Source: Yoonia sp.
GTDB lineage: Bacteria; Pseudomonadota; Alphaproteobacteria; Rhodobacterales; Rhodobacteraceae
Direction of reading: 5' to 3'
Length of the DNA: 64,000 nucleotides
Assembly (NCBI RefSeq): GCF_030731595.1
Contig: NZ_JANQTS010000009.1
Coordinates: forward strand, 7-64,006
Below the pieces are notes generated by a model. It was not told the DNA's origin. It did no database searches and was given only the letters and a program-made list of their open reading frames with translations. Below are positions 29,742-40,522 of the stretch, one piece after another. The stretch's first letter is position 1. Every line of letters begins with the position of its first letter. The position numbers and the translations under genes were made by a program.

Positions 29742-29774
29742 AACAAAAAGGGCCGCATCACTGCGGCCCCTTTT
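29742..29774 (-). terminator. Intrinsic terminator after ftsZ
   Basis: GGGCCGC-N6-GCGGCCC with T-runs on both sides; minus strand reads ...GCGGCCCTTTTTGTTTTG. Confidence 0.8.
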
Positions 29775-29814
29775 CATAAATGCAACGTCGCGTCAGACTA
29801 AAAAATGTTTCAGT

Positions 29815-31401
29815 CTAGTTTGCTTGGCGGCGCAAGAAAGCAGGAATCTCGATCTTTTCCTGCTCCTCGGACAGCTCTGGCTCGTTGTGCAAAGCTGTCA
29901 CTTGTGGCTGTGCGCGGGCAGGCTGCGGTGTGTGACCATCCGCTTGTGCGCCTGTCATACGGTTGATCAAAGAGTTGATTCCGAAACGTGGCCTTTCTGC
30001 TTCGACCGGAGCAGCAGGGGCTGGCTGTCGCGGTGTCTCTGCCTTTGGAACACGGTTCACCGCAGCCTGAAGACGCGCAAGTGCCTCTGGCGATGGTGTT
30101 CCGGGTGCTTGGGCGCGCGGCGCGACAAAGTGATCCGCCTCATTCAGCGCAGGCTCGGTGCGCGGCCGGTAAGCCGGTGGCGGCAAATCATCCGAAAGAG
30201 TCTGTGGTGCTGGCGCAACCTCACGCTGTGGCGCGTAGGTCTGAGCCTGTGGTGCTGGCGCCTCGAAGCTTTCAAAAAGTGTACGCTCCTGCGGCGCTGC
30301 TGCGGCGGCTGGCTGTGCCATGGCCGCAACGTCTGGCAGTTCTGCCTCGGGCTCTTCAACTGGCGCTGCTTCAACAATCGGCGCCAGAGGTGCGGCCATA
30401 GAGCGGCGAGCCACAGGTGCTTCGGTCCGCTTTGCAAGCGCATCAATGCCTGTCGCCACAACAGAAACGCGCATCTTGCCTTCCATGCTTGGATCGAGCG
30501 TTGAACCAACGATAATGTTTGCGTTCGGGTCGACCTTTTCACGGATTTTATTGGCCGCTTCATCCAGTTCAAACAGCGTCAGGTCGTAGCCGCCCGTGAT
30601 GTTGATCAGGACGCCCTTTGCGCCTTCCAGCGAAATCTCATCCAGAAGCGGGTTCGCAATGGCCTTTTCAGCGGCTTGAATGGCGCGGTTTTCACCCTCG
30701 GCTTCGCCGGTACCCATCATCGCCTTGCCCATTTCGTCCATCACGGCGCGGACATCTGCAAAATCAAGGTTGATCAGGCCCGGACGCACCATCAGGTCTG
30801 TCACACCTTTGACGCCCTGATAAAGCACGTCATCCGCAAGCGCGAAGGCCTCGGTAAATGTTGTATTTTCATTGGCCAGACGGAACAGGTTCTGGTTGGG
30901 AATGATGATCAGCGTATCGACAACTTTCTGAAGCGCCTCAACACCTTCTTCCGCTTGCCGCATGCGCTTGGCGCCTTCGAACTGGAAAGGTTTGGTGACG
31001 ACACCAACAGTCAACACGCCCAATTCGCGGGCTGCTTGTGCGATGATCGGCGCAGCACCTGTCCCGGTGCCACCACCCATGCCGGCTGTGATAAAGCACA
31101 TATGCGCCCCTGCCAGATGGTCGACAATCTGTTCGATGCTTTCTTCGGCGGCAGCCGCACCGACGGTTGCGCGTGCACCGGCGCCCAGACCTTCGGTGAC
31201 CTTGAGGCCCATCTGGATCTTGGCGCTGGCCCGCGACTGCTGGAGCGCCTGGGCATCTGTATTCGCAACAACGAAATCAGTGCCGTCAAGCTCTTGCTCG
31301 ATCATGTTATTGACCGCGTTGCCACCCGCGCCACCAACACCAAACACGGTGATCCGGGGTTTCAGTTCGTCGTGCCCTGGAAGGGAAAGATTCAAAGTCA
31401 T
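29815..31401 (-). CDS. ftsZ: Cell division protein FtsZ (long alphaproteobacterial linker)
   Basis: [10 protein letters not shown], tubulin signature GGGTGTG, NLDFADV and C-terminal [10 protein letters not shown]. Confidence 0.99.
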   Translation of the reverse strand: MTLNLSLPGHDELKPRITVFGVGGAGGNAVNNMIEQELDGTDFVVANTDAQALQQSRASAKIQMGLKVTEGLGAGARATVGAAAAEESIEQIVDHLAGAHMCFITAGMGGGTGTGAAPIIAQAARELGVLTVGVVTKPFQFEGAKRMRQAEEGVEALQKVVDTLIIIPNQNLFRLANENTTFTEAFALADDVLYQGVKGVTDLMVRPGLINLDFADVRAVMDEMGKAMMGTGEAEGENRAIQAAEKAIANPLLDEISLEGAKGVLINITGGYDLTLFELDEAANKIREKVDPNANIIVGSTLDPSMEGKMRVSVVATGIDALAKRTEAPVARRSMAAPLAPIVEAAPVEEPEAELPDVAAMAQPAAAAAPQERTLFESFEAPAPQAQTYAPQREVAPAPQTLSDDLPPPAYRPRTEPALNEADHFVAPRAQAPGTPSPEALARLQAAVNRVPKAETPRQPAPAAPVEAERPRFGINSLINRMTGAQADGHTPQPARAQPQVTALHNEPELSEEQEKIEIPAFLRRQAN

Positions 31402-31575
31402 AACTCGATCCGCCTGTTTTTATAGCCCGTGCCCGCGGGCGTTTACTGCTTATTGATAGTCATAATAACGAAGTGGTGCTGAAAGGTCACGACAAAAACA
31501 CGAAATCGCCACCAAATCTGGACAAAAACTTGCCCGTTTCCGCCGTATTTCGACAAATCAGCAAGATATTGCGCA

Positions 31576-32910
31576 TTACCAGTTATCCTTGAACCATTTT
31601 ACCGCCCGTTTGAGCGATCTGGCGGGGTATCTGTCGGCGGGAATCTCGAAATCCCACCACTCGTCTTGCGGATTGGCCGCAAAAAGTGTCAGCCCCACCG
31701 CACTCGAAAACGCGGGGCCAATTGCCGCCTGCGGCAAGCCCTGAACACGCAGCGGACGCCCCAAGCGGACTTGCTGGCCAAGAATTTTGCTTGCCAATCC
31801 GTCCAGTCCGGGAATTTGACTGCCGCCACCTGTCAAGACGATCTGCTGGCTTGGAAGATGTTCGAACCCAGCAGCATCCAGCCGCGCGCGCACTTCTTCC
31901 AGAATCTCTTCGACCCGCGGGCGCATGATCCCGATCAACTCGGCGCGGCTCACGGTCCGGCGATCATGTTCCCAGTCACCCGTATCGCCGCCGATCTCGA
32001 TCATTTCGCGGTCGTCCATGCCGGTCGCGACGACGCCACCATAAAAGGTCTTGATCCGCTCTGCGGTTGGCGCGGGAATTTGCAGACCCATAGAGATGTC
32101 GGAAGTGACATGATCACCGCCCATGCGCACCGAATCCGCATAGATCATGTGTTTCTTCATAAAGACCGAAATCCCGGTAGAGCCGCCGCCAAGGTCAATA
32201 CAGGCCGCACCCAGTTCTTGTTCGTCCTCGACCAAGGACGACATCCCCGAAACATAGGCAGACGACGCAAGGCCCGCGAGTTCAAGATCGCAGCGCTTGA
32301 TGCAATAAAACAGGTTCTGAAGGGCCGTCGCATCGACCGTCAGCATATGCATATCCGTGGTCAGCTTGTTCCCGATCTGGCCACGCGGATCTGCCAGTCC
32401 GGACCGGTGATCCAGCGCAAAGTTCACCGGCTGCGCATGCAGAACCTCGCGGTCGGCGCCATAGTCGGGGACATCGCAGGAGGCCATGACCTGGCTGATG
32501 TCCTGCTCTGTCACGATACCGCCCGCGACATTCAGCGACCCGTCCAGACCATAAGAGCGCGGCCTTGCGCCGGACAGGCAGGCAATCACGTGATCAACGC
32601 GAACATTGGCCATCTTCTGGGCCGCCTGCACCGCCGTGCGAATGGCGCGCTCTGTCTCTTGCATGGCGTCAATCTCGCCAAAACGGACACCCCGAGACCG
32701 CGTCGTGGCCGCCCCGATCACCCGGAATTGCGATTGGCCGGCAAGAGAGCCGACACCATCGACACTCCGAAACTGCTCTGGCCCATCGAAACGCAACACA
32801 AGGCAGGCGATCTTGGACGTGCCTACATCCAAAATGGCGACGACCCCGCGCTGCATCGCTGCTTTGCGCATTTGCCGCATTGCCCGTTGGTTGTCGTACA
32901 GATCGCCCAT
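31576..32910 (-). CDS. ftsA: Cell division protein FtsA
   Basis: LDVGTSKI, IDLGGGST and VLTGGGSQ motifs. Confidence 0.97.
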   Translation of the reverse strand: MGDLYDNQRAMRQMRKAAMQRGVVAILDVGTSKIACLVLRFDGPEQFRSVDGVGSLAGQSQFRVIGAATTRSRGVRFGEIDAMQETERAIRTAVQAAQKMANVRVDHVIACLSGARPRSYGLDGSLNVAGGIVTEQDISQVMASCDVPDYGADREVLHAQPVNFALDHRSGLADPRGQIGNKLTTDMHMLTVDATALQNLFYCIKRCDLELAGLASSAYVSGMSSLVEDEQELGAACIDLGGGSTGISVFMKKHMIYADSVRMGGDHVTSDISMGLQIPAPTAERIKTFYGGVVATGMDDREMIEIGGDTGDWEHDRRTVSRAELIGIMRPRVEEILEEVRARLDAAGFEHLPSQQIVLTGGGSQIPGLDGLASKILGQQVRLGRPLRVQGLPQAAIGPAFSSAVGLTLFAANPQDEWWDFEIPADRYPARSLKRAVKWFKDNW

Positions 32911-33807
32911 CTAGTTGCCCGCCCCATTGTTGATTGTTGTACTTACACGGCGCAGCGCTGCTGCAGCCTCTTCATTCATCCGCAGCGTCGGTCTTTCCGC
33001 GTTGCGCATATCGACAACGGCCACGTCCCGGCTCAGCATGTCTTGCGCATCGTTCAGCGCGATCACCCGATCAAGCGCCGCAACCGGCCCTTCGGCTGGC
33101 AAAAGAATGCGCTGGTCCCGGTCCAGAACCATGTCCCACCGCCGTTCGCCCATACGGACGAGGCCACGGACACGCTCCAAAAGCGGACCGGAGGTGGCAA
33201 AAAGTGCCAAGGCCTCGCTGAGCGCCTCTTCTGCCCCATCGCCGGCGATCAAGGGCAGATCAAGCCGCTCCGCGCGGGCCGCAATCGTGCCAGAGATCAC
33301 ACCATCAGCGTCAATCAATTGAAGCGTTGCCCCGTCACGCCACAGTGCCACCGGCACTCGTGGTATCAACCGTACCTCAAGCACTCCGGCCTGACCGACA
33401 CGGACGCTTGCCGATTTGATCGGATCGAGGGCTTCGATATCGGCGCGGATTTTTTCGAGATCAAGATCAAAGGACGAGACAGGAAACTCCGACGGCAAAT
33501 GCACCGCGACTTCGGCCATCGACGCCAAATCACCCCCTGCAATGTTCATTGATTGCACCATGAACTGCGGGCGCTGCTGAAAGCTCTGTTTGGTCTCTGC
33601 GATAGTGGCCGCAAGGGCCGCGCGGTTCTCGGGCTTGGAATACCAAGAACCCGCAATGCTCGCGATCAGGATCAACGGCACCCCGATCCGGACCGCGGCA
33701 CGAAACCCGGGTGTCAGCATCAAACGCTGATACCGGTACCCCAGCTTTGATGGCGCGGGATCACGCGGGCCTGTATCAGCCACGGGTCGACGGATCAGCG
33801 ATCGCAT
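32911..33807 (-). CDS. ftsQ: Cell division protein FtsQ/DivIB
   Basis: Single TM plus POTRA/beta domain, RRWD and VVDMR motifs; located between ddl and ftsA. Confidence 0.9.
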   Translation of the reverse strand: MRSLIRRPVADTGPRDPAPSKLGYRYQRLMLTPGFRAAVRIGVPLILIASIAGSWYSKPENRAALAATIAETKQSFQQRPQFMVQSMNIAGGDLASMAEVAVHLPSEFPVSSFDLDLEKIRADIEALDPIKSASVRVGQAGVLEVRLIPRVPVALWRDGATLQLIDADGVISGTIAARAERLDLPLIAGDGAEEALSEALALFATSGPLLERVRGLVRMGERRWDMVLDRDQRILLPAEGPVAALDRVIALNDAQDMLSRDVAVVDMRNAERPTLRMNEEAAAALRRVSTTINNGAGN

Positions 33808-34709
33808 GATGCGTCCTCCACCATCCAGCGACAAAGCTGTGGAAATGAGACGCCCACATGTGCTGCCTGTTCAGGCGTGAGTGATGTGGGCGTCATACCG
33901 GGCTGGGTATTGGTTTCAAGCAGGATCAAGCCGTCGATTCCGCGGGCTTCGTCCCAACGGAAATCGGTGCGCGACACGCCACGACAGCCCAAAGCCACAT
34001 GGGCGCGCAGGGCATAATCCATGCAAGCGTCGAAAATCTGCGCGGGAATATCCGCAGGCAGCACATGGCGCGATCCACCGGGGGCGTATTTGGCGTGATA
34101 ATCATACCAGCCGTCCGTGATGATATCGGTCACCGTCAACGCGCGGTCCCCCATCACGGTCGTCGTCAACTCGCGACCGGGGGCATAGGTTTCGACCATG
34201 ACCCGGGCGGGCATATCCTTGGCCAGTTGTGGCGGGCCGTTCGCGTCTTCATTCACGATGTAGATGCCAACGCTGGAACCTTCGTTGTAAGGCTTCACCA
34301 CGTAGGGCGGCGGCATGACATGGGCGGCGCGCACATCAGCAGCGCTGGCCAGTATGCTATCGACAACAGGCAGACCGGCTTTGCGGTAAACATCTTTGGT
34401 GCGTTGCTTGTCGAGCGTGAGCGCAGAGGCCAGAATACCGGAATGGGTATAGGGAATGCGCAGCCACTCAAGAACGCCCTGAATGGCACCATCCTCGCCC
34501 CAGCGCCCATGCAGCGCATTAAAGACGACGTCGGGCGCGATTTCGATCAGGCGTGCAGCGACGTCGGGGCCAGCATCGACCTCGATCACGTCACATTCTG
34601 CTTCCCGCAAAGCTGCCGCACATTCACGGCCCGAACTGAGGGAAACCTCCCGCTCAGCCGATGGGCCGCCCATCAGGACAACAACTTTCGGGTTTGTCCT
34701 GCTCGACAT
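33795..34709 (-). CDS. ddl: D-alanine--D-alanine ligase
   Basis: MGGPSAEREVSLSSG, LHGRWGEDG, EGSSVG and LETNTQPGMT motifs. Confidence 0.97.
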   Translation of the reverse strand: MSSRTNPKVVVLMGGPSAEREVSLSSGRECAAALREAECDVIEVDAGPDVAARLIEIAPDVVFNALHGRWGEDGAIQGVLEWLRIPYTHSGILASALTLDKQRTKDVYRKAGLPVVDSILASAADVRAAHVMPPPYVVKPYNEGSSVGIYIVNEDANGPPQLAKDMPARVMVETYAPGRELTTTVMGDRALTVTDIITDGWYDYHAKYAPGGSRHVLPADIPAQIFDACMDYALRAHVALGCRGVSRTDFRWDEARGIDGLILLETNTQPGMTPTSLTPEQAAHVGVSFPQLCRWMVEDASCDR

Positions 34710-34789
34710 ACCCTACCGCCTTTGACGCAGGTCTTTTGCGACCTGTCTTTTCGTGTGATCCTTGCCTTGGATCGTGGCCTTTTGGCCAA

Positions 34790-35728
34790 TTATTTTGCGG
34801 TGTCTTCATCCAAACGATCACCGACCCGCATGATTTCCCATTGTAGCGTGATCCCTTGGGAATCGTAAACCTTTTTCCGCACCAATTCGCCCAAATCCTC
34901 TAGGTCGGCGGCACTCGCATTGCCGGCATTGGTCAGAAAGTTGGAATGCATCGTATTCATGATCGCGCCGCCAAGGGTCGCACCGCGCATACCTGCGTCA
35001 TCGATCACCTTCCACGCCTTGAGATCGTGGACATCATCGGCCCGTCCGGTCGAGGAAAAACCGGCAGGATTGCGGAAGGTTGACCCTGCGGTCCGGTCTT
35101 TTGTGGGCTGGGTTGCGTCGCGCTTGGCCAGTTGGTCCGTCATGCGCTGATGCAGCGTTTCTGGCGGGGCCTTGGCCGGACGAAAGCGCGCGGCAACAAT
35201 CACGGCGCCATCGGGCAAGGTGCTTTGGCGGTAGGCAAGATCCAGCGTATCGGCGCCGACTTCAGAGATTGCACCATCCCGCCCCACCACCGTCACCGAT
35301 GTCAAGACATCGGCCACATAGGATCCGTAGCAGCCGGCATTCATGCGCACTGCCCCGCCAATGGTTCCCGGGATCGTACGCAGGAATGTCAGATCAAGGC
35401 CCGCATCCGCCGCCTTGCGGGCGACATGGGCATCAAGGGCGGCGGCCCCTGCAATCACGTCGTCCCCGGCAATGTCGATGGCATTGAACCCGCGTCCCAT
35501 CCGAATGACGACACCGCGAATACCGCCATCCCGCACAATCAGGTTGCTGCCCACCCCCATCGGGAAAACCGGCACCGATGGATCAAGCGCCGCAAGGAAG
35601 GCTGAGAGGTCTTCGATATCCGCGGGTTGGAACAGCACATCGGCTGGTCCGCCGACACGCATCCATGTCAAATCCGCCAAGGATCGCTGCGCCGTCAGCG
35701 TGCCGCGCACCGCAGGTAATTCAAGCAT
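34790..35728 (-). CDS. murB: UDP-N-acetylenolpyruvoylglucosamine reductase
   Basis: [34 protein letters not shown] and HSNF motifs; ATG 35728 overlaps the upstream gene stop by 8 nt. Confidence 0.96.
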   Translation of the reverse strand: MLELPAVRGTLTAQRSLADLTWMRVGGPADVLFQPADIEDLSAFLAALDPSVPVFPMGVGSNLIVRDGGIRGVVIRMGRGFNAIDIAGDDVIAGAAALDAHVARKAADAGLDLTFLRTIPGTIGGAVRMNAGCYGSYVADVLTSVTVVGRDGAISEVGADTLDLAYRQSTLPDGAVIVAARFRPAKAPPETLHQRMTDQLAKRDATQPTKDRTAGSTFRNPAGFSSTGRADDVHDLKAWKVIDDAGMRGATLGGAIMNTMHSNFLTNAGNASAADLEDLGELVRKKVYDSQGITLQWEIMRVGDRLDEDTAK

Positions 35729-36008
35729 CAATCGCCTTTTCATATTTCGCCCACCCGATCAGGCCACCAATCAATGCCGCCACACCCCATGGAGCACTGA
35801 TGCCGATCAGGGCAAGAAGATAGCCCAAGCCATCCCAGCCGTTTGCGTTTTGCATTCCAAAAAACATGAAGACTGTAAAGGCTAACCAGACAGCGCCAAC
35901 CCCAACCAATGCCGCCCCTTTTTTGTTTTTGCCTAACTGGAAGGTGACAAAAACACTCGCTACGAAAACCGCAGTCGGAACCCCGAAAAGAATAATGGTC
36001 TCGTTCAT
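35721..36008 (-). CDS. Hypothetical 3-TM membrane protein A (95 aa)
   Basis: Three hydrophobic segments, GGGAGA RBS, about 48% GC counted over 35821-36000. Confidence 0.75.
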   Translation of the reverse strand: MNETIILFGVPTAVFVASVFVTFQLGKNKKGAALVGVGAVWLAFTVFMFFGMQNANGWDGLGYLLALIGISAPWGVAALIGGLIGWAKYEKAIDA

Positions 36009-36025
36009 GATGATTCTCCCAAAAA

Positions 36026-36068
36026 TGAACTATGTTCAAATTAGTAGTCCAATCGTGAACAGTGTTCA
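36026..36068. promoter_or_regulatory. Tandem palindromic operators TGAAC-N3-GTTCA over a sigma70-like promoter
   Basis: TGAACTATGTTCA (36026-36038) and TGAACAGTGTTCA (36056-36068), 30 bp apart. Minus strand reads TTGAAC-N17-TACTAA (36069-36041). Confidence 0.65.
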
Positions 36069-36093
36069 AGAAAAAAATTATGGGCGATGCTTT

Positions 36094-36381
36094 TCAAACC
36101 ACTCGATCATCCTGCCTACGCAACAACCACCCCAGAAAGGCCCCTGCCGTGCTTCCCAGAAAGGCAGGTACACAGACCAGCAGTGCGACCGTCATCGCAA
36201 ACACCGGATTGATCCCGAAGGGCCGTCCGCTGGCAAAGATGAAAATGGCAAGCGTTGCCCCGATAAGACAGAGAATTGTCACCGCGAGCCCGTTTCGCCC
36301 TGACCGGACCAGCCAAGTCAGCAAGGCAAAGGGCAGCATCGCGCAGAAGACCATGCCGCCGAAAACATAAAGTTGCGTCAT
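36094..36381 (-). CDS. Hypothetical 3-TM membrane protein B (95 aa)
   Basis: MTQLYVFGG start, 4 nt after the DUF2484 stop, GAGG RBS, three hydrophobic segments. Confidence 0.72.
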   Translation of the reverse strand: MTQLYVFGGMVFCAMLPFALLTWLVRSGRNGLAVTILCLIGATLAIFIFASGRPFGINPVFAMTVALLVCVPAFLGSTAGAFLGWLLRRQDDRVV

Positions 36382-36385
36382 CTGA

Positions 36386-36661
36386 CTACCTCGCCACCTT
36401 GCCCCTGATCCAGCGCCAGAGAAAATAAACGGGCCATCGCAAGACGAGCCCACCGACCACGACCCCAAGCAGCCCCATGACAATCCCATATTGCCATGTG
36501 ATCCAGACCAGTAGCGGCGCTCCGATCCCCATCAGCACATAGGCACGCCGCCAATGGTTGTCGTTCGAAGGAAACGCCGCCATCACGAATGCCACAAGCA
36601 CCCAAAGCCCGATCAGGATCAAAGGATCCGCGAGGGTCTCGGTCAGCGCTTGCTTGGTCAT
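36386..36661 (-). CDS. DUF2484 family membrane protein
   Basis: W...[12 protein letters not shown]...G.PLL and VLRWPV pattern; ATGA overlap with murC. Confidence 0.8.
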   Translation of the reverse strand: MTKQALTETLADPLILIGLWVLVAFVMAAFPSNDNHWRRAYVLMGIGAPLLVWITWQYGIVMGLLGVVVGGLVLRWPVYFLWRWIRGKVAR

Positions 36662-38076
36662 TTTTCCAATCGCGCGGGCAACCTGTTCGCCCAGGTGCTA
36701 ATCGTACCCGCCCCCAGACAGACAACCATATCGCCCGGTTTCGCCTGCTCGCGCACAAGCCTTTCCAGATCATCCTCGGATTCAACCGTGCGGGCGTGAC
36801 GGTGCCCGTGGCGGATCAATCCCGCCACAAGATCGGTATGGCTGGCCCCTGCAATCGGGTCTTCGCCGGCGGAAAAGACCTCTGCGATGCCGACGACATC
36901 GGCGTCATTGAAGCAGGCGCAGAATTCATCGAAATGATGCGACAGCCGTGTGAAACGGTGCGGCTGGTGGACAGCGATCACGCGCCCCTCGGTCGACTGC
37001 CGTGCGGCTTTCAACACGGCTGTGATCTCGACCGGATGGTGGCCGTAGTCGTCAATGATGGTCACGCCACCCACTTCACCGACTTTGGTAAACCGGCGAT
37101 TGACGCCGCGAAAGCCTTTCAACGCGGTCTTGATCTGCTCTTTCTTCATGCCCAGATGCCGCGCCACCGCGACAGCTGCCAAAGCATTCGAGACATTGTG
37201 ATCCCCCGGCATCGGCAATTCGCAGCCTTCGATCACGGCACCTTCGGCCTGCAATGCGATATCAAAATGCGCGACCCCCGCCTTGTATGTCAGGTTCATG
37301 GCGCGCACATCCGCCTGCGCATTAAAGCCAAAGGTGACAACACGGCGATCCGTGATCTTGCCCACGAGTGACTGCACATCCGGATCATCGGTGCAGCAGA
37401 CCGCCAGACCGTAGAACGGAATGTTCGACACAAAATCGTAAAAGCCCTTATGCAGCGCCTCGACCGTGCCCCAGTGTTCCATATGTTCGGGGTCGATATT
37501 GGTCACAATGGCGATGGTCGCGGGCAGGCGGTTGAACGTCCCGTCGCTTTCGTCGGCCTCGACCACCATCCACTCGCCCTGCCCCATACGGGCGTTCGAG
37601 CCATAGGCGTGGATGATGCCGCCATTGATCACCGTTGGATCAATCCCGCCTTCATCCAGCAAAGCTGCAACCATCGTGGTCGTTGTCGTCTTGCCATGTG
37701 TTCCGGCCACGGCCACATTCGATTTCAGGCGCATCAGTTCGGCCAGCATTTCCGCGCGGCGCACGACCGGCAGACCTTTTTTGCGGGCCTCGTCCAGCTC
37801 GGGGTTGCCCGATTTGATCGCAGAAGAGATCACGACAACCTCGGCCCCTTCCAGATTATCCGCGCGCTGGCCTTCAAAAATGATCGCACCCAGCGATTTC
37901 AGACGGTCGGTGATCTTTGACGCCTTCAGGTCAGAGCCTTGGACCCGATAGCCATGGTTCAAAAGCACCTCTGCGATGCCCGACATCCCGATGCCACCAA
38001 TGCCCACAAAATGGATCGGACCCACATCAAGGGGCAGTTTCGTTGCAGCGCTCATTACAGGGTTCCCATCCATCAT
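36658..38076 (-). CDS. murC: UDP-N-acetylmuramate--L-alanine ligase
   Basis: [27 protein letters not shown] and DDYGHHP motifs. Confidence 0.98.
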   Translation of the reverse strand: MMDGNPVMSAATKLPLDVGPIHFVGIGGIGMSGIAEVLLNHGYRVQGSDLKASKITDRLKSLGAIIFEGQRADNLEGAEVVVISSAIKSGNPELDEARKKGLPVVRRAEMLAELMRLKSNVAVAGTHGKTTTTTMVAALLDEGGIDPTVINGGIIHAYGSNARMGQGEWMVVEADESDGTFNRLPATIAIVTNIDPEHMEHWGTVEALHKGFYDFVSNIPFYGLAVCCTDDPDVQSLVGKITDRRVVTFGFNAQADVRAMNLTYKAGVAHFDIALQAEGAVIEGCELPMPGDHNVSNALAAVAVARHLGMKKEQIKTALKGFRGVNRRFTKVGEVGGVTIIDDYGHHPVEITAVLKAARQSTEGRVIAVHQPHRFTRLSHHFDEFCACFNDADVVGIAEVFSAGEDPIAGASHTDLVAGLIRHGHRHARTVESEDDLERLVREQAKPGDMVVCLGAGTISTWANRLPARLEK

Positions 38077-39170
38077 TTCTTGCCCGCCTCTGCCAGATTT
38101 TCAACCAATTGTACAAGACGCGCTGTCGCGTCAGGCACGCCGCACGCCAAAGCTGCTTGGGCCATTTGCAACATACCTTGCTCGTCAGACAGCAATTCCG
38201 TCAGCTTTGCCGTCAAAGGTGCGACTTCAAATTGGCCTTCGGTCATCAGCACCGCAGCGCCGGCGTCAACCAACTGCCGGGCATTGGCGGTCTGCTCGTC
38301 GCGGATCGCGCCACCATAGGGCACCCATATCGTAGGGCGCCCGATGACGCTGACATCGGCCACTGTTGACGCGCCAGAGCGCGAGATGACAAGTTGCGCA
38401 TCCGCCATGCGGCGCGGCACATCATTGAAAAAGCTTTGCACATCCGCCTTGATCAACTCGGCGGCGTAATACGCCGTCACCCGCTCTAGATCTTCTGGCC
38501 GCGCCTGATGGCTGACCCGAATGTTCCGGCGGATATGTTCAGGCAAGGCGGCAATCGCTGGCGGTACGATATCGGACATGATGCGCGCGCCCTGCGATCC
38601 GCCCATGACAAGGAGTGCCATCGGATAATCACCCGGCGGTATATAGGGGGATCCCGCATGTTCCAATATCACAGAGCGGACAGGGTTGCCGGTATGAACG
38701 CCTTCAACCCCTTTGGGCAAGTCCGCAGGCCATGTCCCGCAGGCAATCTGGTTCACGCGCCTAGCGAAGACCTGGTTCACCCGCCCCAACACACCGTTTT
38801 GTTCGTGTATCATCCGCGGAATGCGCAGTACCCAAGCCGCAGTCATTGCGGGGATCGCAGGATAGCCACCAAAGCCTACGACAACCGCAGGACGGTCACG
38901 CAACATACGCCATTTGGCGGCACCAATGCCGCCCAAGATACGAAACGGAACAAGCAGTTTCTGGACGATGCCGCCACGGGCAAAGGTCGCACTGCCGACA
39001 ACGCTGACCTCAACCGCCTCGGGAAAGCCGCCTGCATAGCGCGCGCCGCGGGCATCCGTAGAAAGGCGCACCCGCCAACCCTTTGCCAGCATCGCCTCGG
39101 CCAAGGCTTGGGCCGGAAACATATGCCCGCCCGTGCCACCTGCGGCGATAATGAGTAGCGGCGCTGTCAT
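38073..39170 (-). CDS. murG: Undecaprenyldiphospho-muramoylpentapeptide GlcNAc transferase
   Basis: [26 protein letters not shown] and SRSGAST motifs; ATGA overlap with ftsW. Confidence 0.97.
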   Translation of the reverse strand: MTAPLLIIAAGGTGGHMFPAQALAEAMLAKGWRVRLSTDARGARYAGGFPEAVEVSVVGSATFARGGIVQKLLVPFRILGGIGAAKWRMLRDRPAVVVGFGGYPAIPAMTAAWVLRIPRMIHEQNGVLGRVNQVFARRVNQIACGTWPADLPKGVEGVHTGNPVRSVILEHAGSPYIPPGDYPMALLVMGGSQGARIMSDIVPPAIAALPEHIRRNIRVSHQARPEDLERVTAYYAAELIKADVQSFFNDVPRRMADAQLVISRSGASTVADVSVIGRPTIWVPYGGAIRDEQTANARQLVDAGAAVLMTEGQFEVAPLTAKLTELLSDEQGMLQMAQAALACGVPDATARLVQLVENLAEAGKK

Positions 39171-40336
39171 CGGTTCGCCCGTCGCAACAGGATATCGCCC
39201 ATCTCGCCTTGCGGACGGGTGCGGGTGAAGGCCAGCAACATGCCCATCGCAATGCCGCCAGCAATCAACGACGACCCGCCATAAGACACGAAAGGCAGCG
39301 TCATCCCCTTGGCAGGCAAAAGGCGCACTGCCACGCCCATGTTGATCATGGCTTGGACGCCGAAGGCACAAACGAGGCCGGTCCCGGCAAGGCGAATAAA
39401 CACATCGCGCTCTTTCATCAGGCGCAGGAGCGAACGCACCACGATCACGGCATAAAGGGCGATGATAACCAGCACGCAGATCAGGCCATACTCTTCAGCT
39501 GCCACCGCGATTATGAAATCTGTATGGGCATCCGGCAGCGACCACTTCACCTGCCCCTCACCGACGCCCACACCAAAGAAACCGCCTTCGCGAATGGCAT
39601 TGGTCGCATAGCCAAGCTGTGTGTTTGGATCGAGGTCAGGAGACAGAAACCCGTCAATCCGGCGGGCGAAGTGTTCCGAATTGGAATAGGCGACAGCGCC
39701 GCCGAACATCACAAGTCCCGCCAAGACGATCAGCACAGTCATCGGCGCGCCTGCCACGAAATACATCACCCCCCAAGCGAAGAGGACCAAAGCGGCTTGG
39801 CCAAAGTCAGGCTGCATCGCCAGCATAAGGACAATGACCATCGTCAACACAAACGAATAGCTTTTGCCCGGCGGACCGCCCAACTGCTGTGCTGCCGCCA
39901 AGAGCCACGCCGTCATGACCACAAAACCGGGCTTGAGAAATTCAGAAGGCTGCACAGAGGCAAAGCCCAGCGAATACCACCGGGTGGCGCCTTTGCCGAA
40001 ATCCGTGCCGAAGACAGGCAGGAATGCAAGTGCCGCAAAGGCACAAAGAAAACCCAAAACGGCCAAGCGACGGACCAGTGTCGGTGACATCATCGACACG
40101 ATAAACATCGCAATCATGGCCGCTCCGCCAAAAATGGCCTGACGGGTCACATAATGGAAAGGCTCCAGCCCGTTCTTGGCTGCCAGGGGCGGCGACGAGG
40201 CAAGACCCAAAAGCAACCCGATCCCGAACAACAACAGGATGCAGGACATCGTCCACTTGTCAATTGTCCGCCACCATCGGGGAAGAACCGGGTCACCGGA
40301 TTGTACCGGGACCGTCCCATAGACCATTTCCGTCAT
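39167..40336 (-). CDS. ftsW: SEDS peptidoglycan polymerase FtsW
   Basis: [21 protein letters not shown] and [10 protein letters not shown] motifs. Confidence 0.97.
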   Translation of the reverse strand: MTEMVYGTVPVQSGDPVLPRWWRTIDKWTMSCILLLFGIGLLLGLASSPPLAAKNGLEPFHYVTRQAIFGGAAMIAMFIVSMMSPTLVRRLAVLGFLCAFAALAFLPVFGTDFGKGATRWYSLGFASVQPSEFLKPGFVVMTAWLLAAAQQLGGPPGKSYSFVLTMVIVLMLAMQPDFGQAALVLFAWGVMYFVAGAPMTVLIVLAGLVMFGGAVAYSNSEHFARRIDGFLSPDLDPNTQLGYATNAIREGGFFGVGVGEGQVKWSLPDAHTDFIIAVAAEEYGLICVLVIIALYAVIVVRSLLRLMKERDVFIRLAGTGLVCAFGVQAMINMGVAVRLLPAKGMTLPFVSYGGSSLIAGGIAMGMLLAFTRTRPQGEMGDILLRRANR

Positions 40337-40522
40337 GGATCACCGCCATACTGCCTCAACCGCCCGTTTTCCGGGTCTGGGGGCAGCATAACCCGCAATT
40401 CCCAGCGATTCCACCGAAATTCGGCCCCTTTTGTGTTTCTTTCTTCAGGCCGTCTGCCGCCAATGGCCAAGATCATCCGTAAGAATTTGATCTCCCCCTG
40501 CCCTTGCGCCATATGCAGCGCC

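Noticed and set aside
31666-33552. 628-aa + strand ORF and similar long antisense ORFs (9630-10913, 12212-13525, 16615-17772, 56936-58018)
   Set aside because: All lie antisense to well-supported housekeeping genes and have shadow-like Arg/His/Gln-rich composition.
34725-34790. Three tiny hairpins between murB and ddl
   Set aside because: Stems of 5-6 bp with no U-tract or shared motif; not distinguishable from background.
36026-36068. TGAAC-N3-GTTCA as LexA boxes
   Set aside because: Alphaproteobacterial LexA uses the direct repeat GTTC-N7-GTTC and Firmicute LexA uses GAAC-N4-GTTC; the spacing here is N3.
40154-40522. Extension of the HI0933-family ORF overlapping ftsW
   Set aside because: The Rossmann GxGxxG motif starts at ATG 40523; the extension is read-through open frame.
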